DNA from: an uncultured Acidimicrobiaceae bacterium
Lineage (GTDB): Bacteria > Actinomycetota > Acidimicrobiia > Acidimicrobiales > RAAP-2
Direction of reading: 5' to 3'
Assembly: GCA_963734395.1 (NCBI GenBank)
Contig: CAVTGY010000003.1
Coordinates: 271,878-335,877 of the forward strand
Length of the DNA: 64,000 nucleotides
The first letter of the stretch is position 1, and each line of letters opens with the position of its first letter. The position numbers were made by a program, and so were the translations under genes. The notes under the pieces were generated by a model. It saw nothing but the letters and a program-made list of their open reading frames with translations, did not search any database and was not told the origin of the DNA. Shown here in pieces: positions 9,272-17,584 of the stretch.

Positions 9272-9874
9272 CTAGGGCGACGGATCAGTGCCCAGCAGGT
9301 CTCGAACCGCGCCGCGGAGCATGCCACCGAGCTCGGTCGAGGGAACGTCGGCGAATACGTTTCCGGTGAGGACCAGGGAGCCCATCACCGCGCCGAATGC
9401 ACAGGCCATCCGGACCCGGTCCCCCAAGGCGACCGCCGGGTTGGCCAGCACCCTCTGGAAGCTCGCCTCCATGTCTTCGTGCTCAGCATCGTGGCGCTCG
9501 CGATGCAGCTCCTCCAGCGCGGCGCGGTTGCGTTCATGCAGAATGAACAGGGCCCGATGCTCGAGCAGCTGGTCGATGAACTGGTCGAGGAGCGCCGCCC
9601 AGGACTCGGGCGACACGTCGGTCTCGCCGACGGCGGTCAGTGCTGATTTCCCGAACTCGTGGAGTCGCAGGTGCAGCGTCATCAGGATGTCTTCTTTGCT
9701 GGCGAAGTGGTAGTAGATCGCCGCCTTGGAGAAACCGAGGCGTTCGGCGATCTGCCGCAACGACGTCCGCTCGTAGCCCTGGTCGGTGAAGAGCTCGAGG
9801 GCGATGTCGAGGATCCGCTCCTTGGTGCTCACGTCCCCCGAGCCGGCGTCGACACTGGTTGTGCTCAGGCTCAC
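9272..9874 (-). CDS. TetR/AcrR family transcriptional regulator
   Basis: HTH KERILDIALELFTDQGYERTSLRQIAERLGFSKAAIYYHF. The ORF extends to 9937, but that would leave only 17 bp to the divergent ABC gene. GTG 9874 leaves an 80-bp control region. Confidence 0.85.
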   Translation of the reverse strand: MSLSTTSVDAGSGDVSTKERILDIALELFTDQGYERTSLRQIAERLGFSKAAIYYHFASKEDILMTLHLRLHEFGKSALTAVGETDVSPESWAALLDQFIDQLLEHRALFILHERNRAALEELHRERHDAEHEDMEASFQRVLANPAVALGDRVRMACAFGAVMGSLVLTGNVFADVPSTELGGMLRGAVRDLLGTDPSP

Positions 9875-9884
9875 AGGGGCTAGT

Positions 9885-9930
9885 TTACTTGACAACCGGT
9901 AAGTAAGTCCCTTACCATCCGACAAGTAAG
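9885..9930. promoter_or_regulatory. putative TetR operator(s) in the divergent promoter region
   Basis: TTACTT-gacaaccggt-AAGTAA (9885-9906) and CTTAC-catccgacaa-GTAAG (9911-9930). The half-site GACAA..GTAAG is repeated. Confidence 0.45.
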
Positions 9931-9954
9931 AGGCCACCGACTGCTGAGGACGCC

Positions 9955-10959
9955 ATGCCCACCGACTCCATGATCCGGGCCGAAGGCCTGCAGAAGCGGT
10001 TCGGCGAGACCGTGGCCCTGGCCGGGGTGGACCTCGACGTGCCCACCGGCTCCATCCTGGGCGTGCTCGGTCCGAACGGTGCAGGCAAGACCACCGCGGT
10101 GCGCATCCTGACCACGCTTTCCATACCCGACGCCGGATCGGCCTGGGTGGCCGGTCACGACGTGGTGCGCGAGGCGCCGGCCGTACAGCGGAGCATCGGG
10201 GTCACCGCCCAGGACGCCACCGTCGACGAGCTCCTGACCGGGAGGCAGAACCTGGTCATGGTGGGGCGGCTCTGCGGTTTGCGCCGCACCGAGGCCCGGG
10301 CCCGTGCCGACGAGCTGTTGGCCGAGTTCGACCTGAGCGACGCGGCAGACCGGGTGCTCAAGGGCTACTCGGGTGGGATGCGCCGCCGCCTCGACCTGGC
10401 CGCCGGGCTGGTCACCCGCCCCCCTGTGTTGTTCCTGGACGAGCCGACCACCGGGCTCGACCCGACCAGTCGGATCCGCATGTGGGAGGTCATCCGGGGC
10501 CTGGTCACCGACGGCGTGACGCTGCTGCTCACCACCCAGTACCTCGACGAGGCCGACGAGCTGGCCGACCGGATCGTGGTGATCGACCACGGCAAGGTGA
10601 TCGCCGAGGGAACGGCGGCCGAGCTCAAGACGGCCACGGGCGGCGCCCGGCTGGAGGTCACCCTGAGCGCGCCCAACACCGAGGCGGCTACCGCCCTCGA
10701 GCCCTTCGTCTCCGGCCCGGTGCACGTGAGCCACGACGGGCGCCGGTTGAGGGCACCGGTGCGCAGCGGTTCCGGGCTGGCCACCACCGTGGTGCGCGCC
10801 CTCGACACCGCAGGGATCAGCGTCGATGACGTCGAGGTGCACCAGCCCTCGCTCGACGACGTGTTCTTCTCGCTTACCGGTCATCCCACCGAGCCCGATG
10901 ACGATGACCAGGCCGACGACCGTCGGGGCTCCGCAGAGCTCGAGGCGGTGAACTCATGA
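9955..10959 (+). CDS. ABC transporter ATP-binding protein (DrrA/ABC-2 exporter type)
   Basis: Walker A GPNGAGKTT, signature YSGGMRRRL, Walker B LFLDEPTTGLD. GAGGA RBS upstream. Confidence 0.9.
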   Translation: MPTDSMIRAEGLQKRFGETVALAGVDLDVPTGSILGVLGPNGAGKTTAVRILTTLSIPDAGSAWVAGHDVVREAPAVQRSIGVTAQDATVDELLTGRQNLVMVGRLCGLRRTEARARADELLAEFDLSDAADRVLKGYSGGMRRRLDLAAGLVTRPPVLFLDEPTTGLDPTSRIRMWEVIRGLVTDGVTLLLTTQYLDEADELADRIVVIDHGKVIAEGTAAELKTATGGARLEVTLSAPNTEAATALEPFVSGPVHVSHDGRRLRAPVRSGSGLATTVVRALDTAGISVDDVEVHQPSLDDVFFSLTGHPTEPDDDDQADDRRGSAELEAVNS

Positions 10960-11810
10960 CGGTGACGGCACTCGTCCCTCCGGTTGCCACCTCCCGCCCG
11001 CCGCGGGCCCCGGGCGTGGTCCGTCAGGCCTGCGACGTCATCACCCTGACCGGGCGCAACCTCATGCACATCGCCCGGGAACCGCTCCAGCTGTCCGACG
11101 TGACCGTCCAGCCGGTGCTCTTCACCCTCCTGTTCGTCTACGTCTTCGGTGCCGGAGTGGTGCTCCCCGGAGGAGGCAGTTACGTCGACTTTGCCATCGC
11201 CGGTCTCCTGGCCCTCAACCTCACCACCTCGGCCATGGGGACGGCGGTGGGGCTCAGCACCGATCTCAACAGTGGGGTGATCGACCGCTTCCGGACCCTG
11301 CCCATGTGGCGACCGGCCGTGCTGGTGGGTCGTTCGATGGCCGACCTGCTCACCGCGTGCCTGTGCGCCGCCATTGTGGCGGTCACCGGGCTTTGCATCG
11401 GATGGCGGCCGACCGGAGGGGTGCCCTCGACCCTCGCCGGATTCGCCATCTTCCTGCTGTTCGCCTACGCCCTCTCCTGGGGCTGCGCCTGCCTGGGGAT
11501 GGTCAGCAAGGGCCCGGAGTCGGCCCAGGGAATCGGTCTGGTCATCCTGTTCCCGCTGGCCATCGTGTCCAACGCCATGGTGCCGACGGAGCGCATGCCC
11601 ACCGTGCTGCGGGCCGTGGCCGACTGGAACCCGGTCAGTGCGGTGACCTCGGCGGCCCGTACCTTCTGGCACAATCCCAATCCCTCGGGGTCCATCCACG
11701 TCTGGCCCATGCAGCACCCGGTGGAGGCGTCCCTCCTGTGGTGCGCCGGACTCCTCTTGGTCTTCGCCCCGCTGGCCACCTTCCTGTACCGGCGGCGCAC
11801 AACCCAATGA
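10956..11810 (+). CDS. ABC-2 type transporter permease (DrrB-like)
   Basis: ATGA start/stop overlap with the ATPase gene. Six hydrophobic segments, 284 aa. Confidence 0.85.
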   Translation: MTVTALVPPVATSRPPRAPGVVRQACDVITLTGRNLMHIAREPLQLSDVTVQPVLFTLLFVYVFGAGVVLPGGGSYVDFAIAGLLALNLTTSAMGTAVGLSTDLNSGVIDRFRTLPMWRPAVLVGRSMADLLTACLCAAIVAVTGLCIGWRPTGGVPSTLAGFAIFLLFAYALSWGCACLGMVSKGPESAQGIGLVILFPLAIVSNAMVPTERMPTVLRAVADWNPVSAVTSAARTFWHNPNPSGSIHVWPMQHPVEASLLWCAGLLLVFAPLATFLYRRRTTQ

Positions 11811-11834
11811 CGTCGTAGCCAATGACGTCGTAGG
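11805..11834. repeat. tandem direct repeat of a 15-mer (CAATGACGTCGTAGC / CAATGACGTCGTAGG)
   Basis: Two adjacent copies match at 14 of 15 positions. The first contains the permease TGA stop (11808-11810). Each copy contains the GACGTC palindrome. Confidence 0.8.
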
Positions 11835-11948
11835 GGAACGGGTTCACCCGGGCACGGCGGAGACGCCTTCGGTGAACAGGACGATGAGACGCGGGTTCCC
11901 CCATCCTGTTGTCGCAAACCGAGGGTTTCCGGGCAGGCGAAACCCCTG

Positions 11949-14900
11949 GTGGCCTACGGTAGGGGCGTGCGGGCAGAGCAAGAGGCGCCGGCGACCACCG
12001 AGACCGTGGTGATCCTGTTCACCGACGTGGTGGGCTCGACCGAAATTGTCCCAGCGGCTGTCTCCCACCGTCGCCGACCAAGTCCGGCGAGCGCACTTCT
12101 CGATCCTCCGCCAGGCCATCGCCGAGGCGGGTGGCACCGAGGTAAAGAACCTGGGTGATGGGCTGATGGTGGTCTTCGGCTCCGCGTCGCGGGCCCTGTC
12201 GTGCGCAGTGGCCATGCAACAGGGTGTGGAACGGGACAACCGTGATCGTGAGCACCCGATGGGGCTGCGGGTCGGGATGAGCGGAGGAGAAGTAACCCGG
12301 GAGGAGGATGACTACTTCGGAAGCCCGATCATCGAAGCAGCGCGGCTGTGCGCCATCTGTGAAGGCGGGGAGATTCTGGCCACCGACATCGTGCGAGGAA
12401 TGGCCGGTCGCCACAACCACCACCAGTGCCTCGCCATGGGGGATCTCACCCTGAAAGGTCTGACTGATCCTGTCCCATCCGTCCGGGTGACCTGGGACCC
12501 ACTGGTGGGGGCGGCCGCCGACTCGGTCATACCCCTGCCCTGGCGCCTCGCCGTTCGACCGGCGTTGGGGGTGTTGGGACGCGAGACCGAGATGGAACTG
12601 ATCAGGGACGCCGCCAAACGCACGGCGGGCGGTGAGGGTCAGGGGGTGGTGCTCATCTCGGGCGAGGCCGGTCTCGGCAAGACCACCCTGGTGGCCGAGG
12701 CGGCACGGGCAGCCTTTGACAACGGGACGTGTGTGCTCTTCGGCCACTGCGAGGAGAACCTCTCCACTCCCTATCAGCTCTTTGCCGAGGCCCTCGGCCA
12801 CTACGTCACCCACGCCACCGAGGATCTGCTGCTGGCCCACGTGGATTCGCACGGTACCGAGCTGAGCCGGTTGGTGCCGGCGCTCTCCCGCAGGATCCCC
12901 GACCTTCCGCCATCGAAGGCCACCGACTCCGACTCCGAGCGGTACTTGCTCTTTGCCGCCGTCGTCGGCTTGCTGTCGACGGCGTCAGCGATACAACCGA
13001 TCATCCTGGTACTCGACGACCTTCAATGGGCAGACACGGGGAGCTTGCTGCTCCTGCGCCACCTGGCCGAGTCGGAACTGGCCACCAAGATGCTCGTGGT
13101 CGGGACCTATCGACACACCGAGGTCGCCCGCTCCGGTGCCTTGGTGGACACCCTTGGAGCGTTGCGTCGACAGGGGGCCGTGTCGCGCATCGATCTGACC
13201 GGGCTCGATGACGATGGCGTACTGTCGCTGATGGAAGCGGCGGCCGGCCATTCCCTCGACGACGCCGCCGTCGGTCTAGCCCACCTGCTCTATCGGGAGA
13301 CCGACGGCAACCCGTTCTTCGTGACTGAAGTACTGCGGCATCTGTCGGAGACCGGTGCGATCCACCAGGAGCCAACCGGGCAGTGGGTAGCGGAGGACGG
13401 TATCGACGAGATGTCCCTTCCCGACAGTGTCCGCGAGGTCATCGGTGCCCGCGTCGTACGGTTGGGCAAGGAGGCAGAGCGGGTTCTCTCGCTCGCTGCC
13501 GTCATCGGTCGGGACTTCGACCTCGAGCTCCTCACCCGGGTGACCAAGGTCTCCGAGGAGGTACTGCTCGACATCCTCGATGAGGCGGCGGCGGCCGCTC
13601 TGGTCCGCGAGCTGACCGACGCACCCGGCTGGTACAGCTTTTACCACGCCCTCATCCAGCACACGCTGTATGAGGATTTGGGTCCCACCCGCCGAGCACG
13701 GGCCCACCGAGAGGTGGCGGAGTCCCTGGAGGATCTCTGTGGGGATCGCCCCGGCGTCCGGGTGGGTGAGCTGGCCCGTCATTGGTTCAACGCCACCCAA
13801 GCGGTTGACCTGAACAAGGCCGTCGACTATTCCCGCCAGGCCGGGGATGCCGCGTTGACCGATCTTGCTCCTGACGATGCCTTGCGCTACTACACACAGG
13901 CCCTGGACGTCTATGAACAAGTCGGTGATCCAAACCGACAACTGGGCATTGATCTGGGCATCGGACTGGGGACCGCTCAACGACAGACGGGGGACCCCGG
14001 CTTCCGCGACACGCTCCTGGCCGCAGCCCAACGTGCTGCAGAGTTGGGGGACACCGGTCGTCTGGTCGCCGCCATCTTGGCCAACGACCGCGGAACGTTC
14101 AGCACGGTCGATTCCATCGACAGCGAGAAGATCGAGATGGTGGAGTTGGCCCTCGCCCGGATCTCGACCGATCACCCCGATCGGGCCCTTCTCCTGTCCA
14201 TCCTGTGTTCGGAGCTCACCATCGGTAGCCCGCTCGAGCGTCGGGAAGCCCTGGCCGAGGAGGCGATGGCCCACGCCGAGCGCTATGGAGACGATGCAAC
14301 CATCGTCCGGGTTGTCAACCACATCTCGCTCCCGTTGGCGGTGCCCCACCTGCTCGAGGCGTCGTTGGCCCGGACCGCTGACGCTCTTGCCCGCGCCGAA
14401 CGAGTCGGCGACCCGTTGCTGCTCTGCACTGCTGCCAGCGGGCGTCGCTTCACCGCCGCCTGTGCCGGAGACATCGAGGAGATGGACCGTTGCTTTGCCA
14501 TCAAGGGTCCTTTGGTCGATCGGTTGGATCAGCCCTTCCTGCATTGGGTGCACACGCTGCAGCGGGCCACGCGGGCGTTGATCGCCGGTGACACCGAGGA
14601 AGCGGAGCGCTGGGCCACCGAAGCCCTGACCATCGGCGCCGGGGGTGGCCAACCCGATGCCGCGGTGATCTTCGGCGCGCAGTTCATCATGGTCAGTCTC
14701 TGGCGGGGGACGGTGGCTGATCTCATCCCGTTGATCCTGCAGGCGATCGCCGACAATCCCGGGCTGCCGGTGTTTGTTGCCGCCCTCACTCTGGCCCATG
14801 CAGAGGCGGACCATTTCGAAGAATCGCGTCAGCTGTTGGAAGACTTCGCTCAAGCTGGATTCGAACTGCCGCTCGATCCGACCTGGCTCACCGGGATGAT

Positions 14901-15303
14901 CGCCTATGCGGACGCGGCCATCGAATGCGGGGACCCTCAGTTCGCCGAACCGCTGCTGGCCCGGCTGGCTCCATTTTCAGACCAGTGGCTCTACACCGAC
15001 GTGGCGACATCCGGACCGATCAGTCGATCGCTGGGTGGCCTGGCTACGGTCCTCCGCCGCTTCGACCAGGCCGATGCGCACTTTGGCCATGCTGCTGCCA
15101 CCAGCGAACGGGTGGGCGCCAAATACTTCGCCGCCCGGACCGACCTCATGTGGGGCAGGATGCTGGCCGAACGCGGGACCGGGGACGATGTGGAGAGGGC
15201 CGGCGCTCTGCTGGGCAGGGCGCTCGAGGTATCGGAGCGGCTCGGCTACCGAAACGTGGGCAAGCGAGCCGCCGCCGCTCTCGATGTTTTGGGCCAGAGG
15301 TGA
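11949..15303 (+). pseudogene. class III adenylate/guanylate cyclase - AAA(STAND) ATPase - TPR-like regulator, interrupted by a 1-nt frameshift near 12043-12046
   Basis: ORF 11949..12158 encodes VVILFTDVVGSTEI, the cyclase metal-binding motif. ORF 12046..15303, in the +1 frame, continues LSQRLSPTVADQVRRAHF...EVKNLGDGLMVVF. It then has Walker A SGEAGLGKTTLV, Walker B ILVLDDLQWAD and a long helical-repeat C-terminus. Confidence 0.8.
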
Positions 15304-15364
15304 TCGCCATGGGGTCGGTCACCCGTAACGCCGGCCGCCGGCTCCGGTAGGGGAAGCACGGGAT

Positions 15365-16861
15365 CTACGGTCCGCAGTGCAACGATGCGGACGCGGAGGT
15401 GGGGGTCGGCTGCGAGGGGTGCAGGACACGAAGAACCGCGTTGGTCGAGGTCACCGCGGTCTGGGTCGCGACCACCTGCGTCGTCGCATCGATGTCGGTC
15501 TCACCTGACCGAACGGGAGTCTGGTGAAGCGGGCCCAGTTGCCGGCCCGCCAGTGACCACTGGTAGGCCAGCATGCCGGACCCCCCGTTTGTGTGCACGT
15601 GGCCGCTGAGTACGAATGAGGTGGGACAAGTGGTGCCAACTCCGAGTTGTCTTGCCGTAACCGATACGGACTCGACAGCGAGGGGAGGGGAAGGTGACGA
15701 TAGTTGGGTCAGCGCCAGAAGGCCGATTGCAATTCCTACGCCCACCACGGCAGAGGCCACGACACCGGGCCAGCGGCGTCGCTTCCTCGGCGCAAAGACC
15801 GGCGGTTCGATGCGCTTGGTTGGCAACGGTATGGAGGAACTGCCGCTTGCCCGAAAATTGGTGATCGTCGAGGAGGTGTCGTCATCCTCGAAGGTGTGAA
15901 GATCCTGAGCCTCTCCCTGTTCCGAGATACGCGGACCACCAAGGGAACTGCGAGAAGCGATGGTCACCAGGTCGGCGCGCTCTCTCCAGCGTGGCCAGCA
16001 GGCATCCGCGGCCCTGCCCACTTCTGCCCAGAAGGCATCGGCGTCAGGTTGTCTATCGGCGGGGTTCTTGGCCAGCGCTCGAAGCACGGCTTCTTCGAGC
16101 CCGGGTGGGAGGGTGACGCCCACATCGGCCGGCGGGGGGACCGGCTGATGGATGTGCGCCTCCAGCGTTGCCAGGACGTCGCCGTCGAAGGGGAAGGGGA
16201 GACGGCCGACCAGCAGCCGGTAGGCCAGTATTCCCAAACTGTAGATGTCGGACTCTCTGGTGAGCTCGGTGACTCCCCTGGCCGCTTCGGGACTTATGTA
16301 TCCGGGCGTGCCGATGAGTGCGCCGGTGTGGGTGCGAAACGTCATCAACGACGTGAATCGCTCGGGACCGAGAATCTTTGCCACCCCGAAATCAGCGAGC
16401 ATAGGACATCCGGTCTGCATGAAGACCACGTTGGCGGGCGTGAGATCCCGGTGCAGAACACCTTGGGCGTGTGCATAACTGAGTGCGCCGGCCAGACGCG
16501 AAAGGATGAAGAGCGCATTCGCCGTCGACAACGGTGAGGCTCGAAGAACCTCTTCCAGATTGGGCCCGTCGACATACTCCATGAGGATCCACGGGGCGCC
16601 GTCATCGATCCCGTGTCCCTCGGAACGAACAATGTGAGGATGGTCGAGCCGACCGAGGAGCAGGGCCTCGCGACGGAAGCGGGCCTGCGCTTCGTCGCCG
16701 ACCCAATCCCCATGCAGCCGCTTGACCGCGGCCAGCCCGCCATCGGGTCGTCGGACCAGAAGAACGACACCCGAGGCACCTCTCCCGAGCACACCCACAA
16801 TCTCGAATTCAGGTGATTTGGGATCGGGCGTTCCGCTCGAGCCGTCCGCATCCTCGATCAT
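15365..16861 (-). CDS. Ser/Thr protein kinase with one TM helix and a small extracytoplasmic domain
   Basis: GRGASGVV...AVKRL, HRDLTPANV, ADFGVAK and GTPGYISPE motifs. TM WPGVVASAVVGVGIAIGLLAL. Confidence 0.9.
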   Translation of the reverse strand: MIEDADGSSGTPDPKSPEFEIVGVLGRGASGVVLLVRRPDGGLAAVKRLHGDWVGDEAQARFRREALLLGRLDHPHIVRSEGHGIDDGAPWILMEYVDGPNLEEVLRASPLSTANALFILSRLAGALSYAHAQGVLHRDLTPANVVFMQTGCPMLADFGVAKILGPERFTSLMTFRTHTGALIGTPGYISPEAARGVTELTRESDIYSLGILAYRLLVGRLPFPFDGDVLATLEAHIHQPVPPPADVGVTLPPGLEEAVLRALAKNPADRQPDADAFWAEVGRAADACWPRWRERADLVTIASRSSLGGPRISEQGEAQDLHTFEDDDTSSTITNFRASGSSSIPLPTKRIEPPVFAPRKRRRWPGVVASAVVGVGIAIGLLALTQLSSPSPPLAVESVSVTARQLGVGTTCPTSFVLSGHVHTNGGSGMLAYQWSLAGRQLGPLHQTPVRSGETDIDATTQVVATQTAVTSTNAVLRVLHPSQPTPTSASASLHCGP

Positions 16862-16876
16862 GGTGAGGCGGCGGGC

Positions 16877-17491
16877 CTAGTCCGGCTGTTCTACGGTGCC
16901 CCTGCGAAGCTCTGTCCGCTGCACGGCACCCCGCACCAGGGCCGCCTCCGCCAGTCGGGCCCGCCGTGAGGGACCCGGCTGGTCAATGCCGAATTTGTCG
17001 TAGAGGTTGGAAAGATGGAATTTGACCGTCGCCTCGCTCACCACCATTTCCTGGGCGATCTCCGCCGCAGTTGCGGGCTGCGCAAAAGGGCCCGGTCCAA
17101 CCACCGGCCGGCACAACGCAACAAGAACGTCCCGCTCACGCTTGGTCAGAGACGGGGGCTTGTCCGTCGCATTCATGGTCGCCGCGGAGGTCTCCTGGAC
17201 ATGTGCCCGGAACACCACGCGGGTCGCTCCGATCCGGATCTCGTCTCCGGGTTGCAGCGCTTGTTCGGTGCCGACCAACTCACCATTGACTCGAGTGCCA
17301 TTGGAGGTACCGAGGTCCCTGATCGACCAGCCGGAGGGATAGTGCTCCACGACCGCATGCGTACGTGAGACCGTTGGATCGGACACCAGCACGACATCGT
17401 TGGACGCTGAGCGGCCGATGACCATGCGATCGCCGGTGAGCCCGATGATCTCGGCACCCGCGTCACCCCACACCTCGAGGTATGCGTCCAT
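16877..17491 (-). CDS. FHA-domain / LuxR-type HTH transcriptional regulator
   Basis: FHA core (MVIGRSASNDVVLVSDPTVSRTHAVV...IRDLGTSNGTRVNG). C-terminal LTKRERDVL...EIAQEMVVSEATVKFHLSNLYDKFG. ORF extends to 17548, ATG at 17491 preferred. Confidence 0.85.
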   Translation of the reverse strand: MDAYLEVWGDAGAEIIGLTGDRMVIGRSASNDVVLVSDPTVSRTHAVVEHYPSGWSIRDLGTSNGTRVNGELVGTEQALQPGDEIRIGATRVVFRAHVQETSAATMNATDKPPSLTKRERDVLVALCRPVVGPGPFAQPATAAEIAQEMVVSEATVKFHLSNLYDKFGIDQPGPSRRARLAEAALVRGAVQRTELRRGTVEQPD

Positions 17492-17584
17492 TTCTTCAGC
17501 CACACGGTAGCCGACGTTTCGTGGGGAAGACGACGTGACCCGCCGCACCGTTGGGAGATACCAGGCTTGATCGTCCAGAGAACT

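Noticed and set aside
9880-11822. Two long minus-strand ORFs (334 and 313 aa) opposite the ABC ATPase and permease genes
   Set aside because: Shadow ORFs. The plus-strand frames contain Walker A/B, the ABC signature and TM helices.
12040-12050. Programmed ribosomal frameshifting as an explanation for the interrupted genes (also at about 30075, 49010 and 63480)
   Set aside because: None of the sites has an X XXY YYZ slippery heptamer or an obvious downstream stimulatory structure. The sites fall inside conserved domains, mostly at short homopolymers. Indel error or pseudogenisation is more parsimonious.
13276-14853. 525-aa ORF antisense to the cyclase-STAND-TPR gene
   Set aside because: No motifs and low-complexity composition. 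Fully embedded in a gene with a Walker A/B NTPase and helical repeats.
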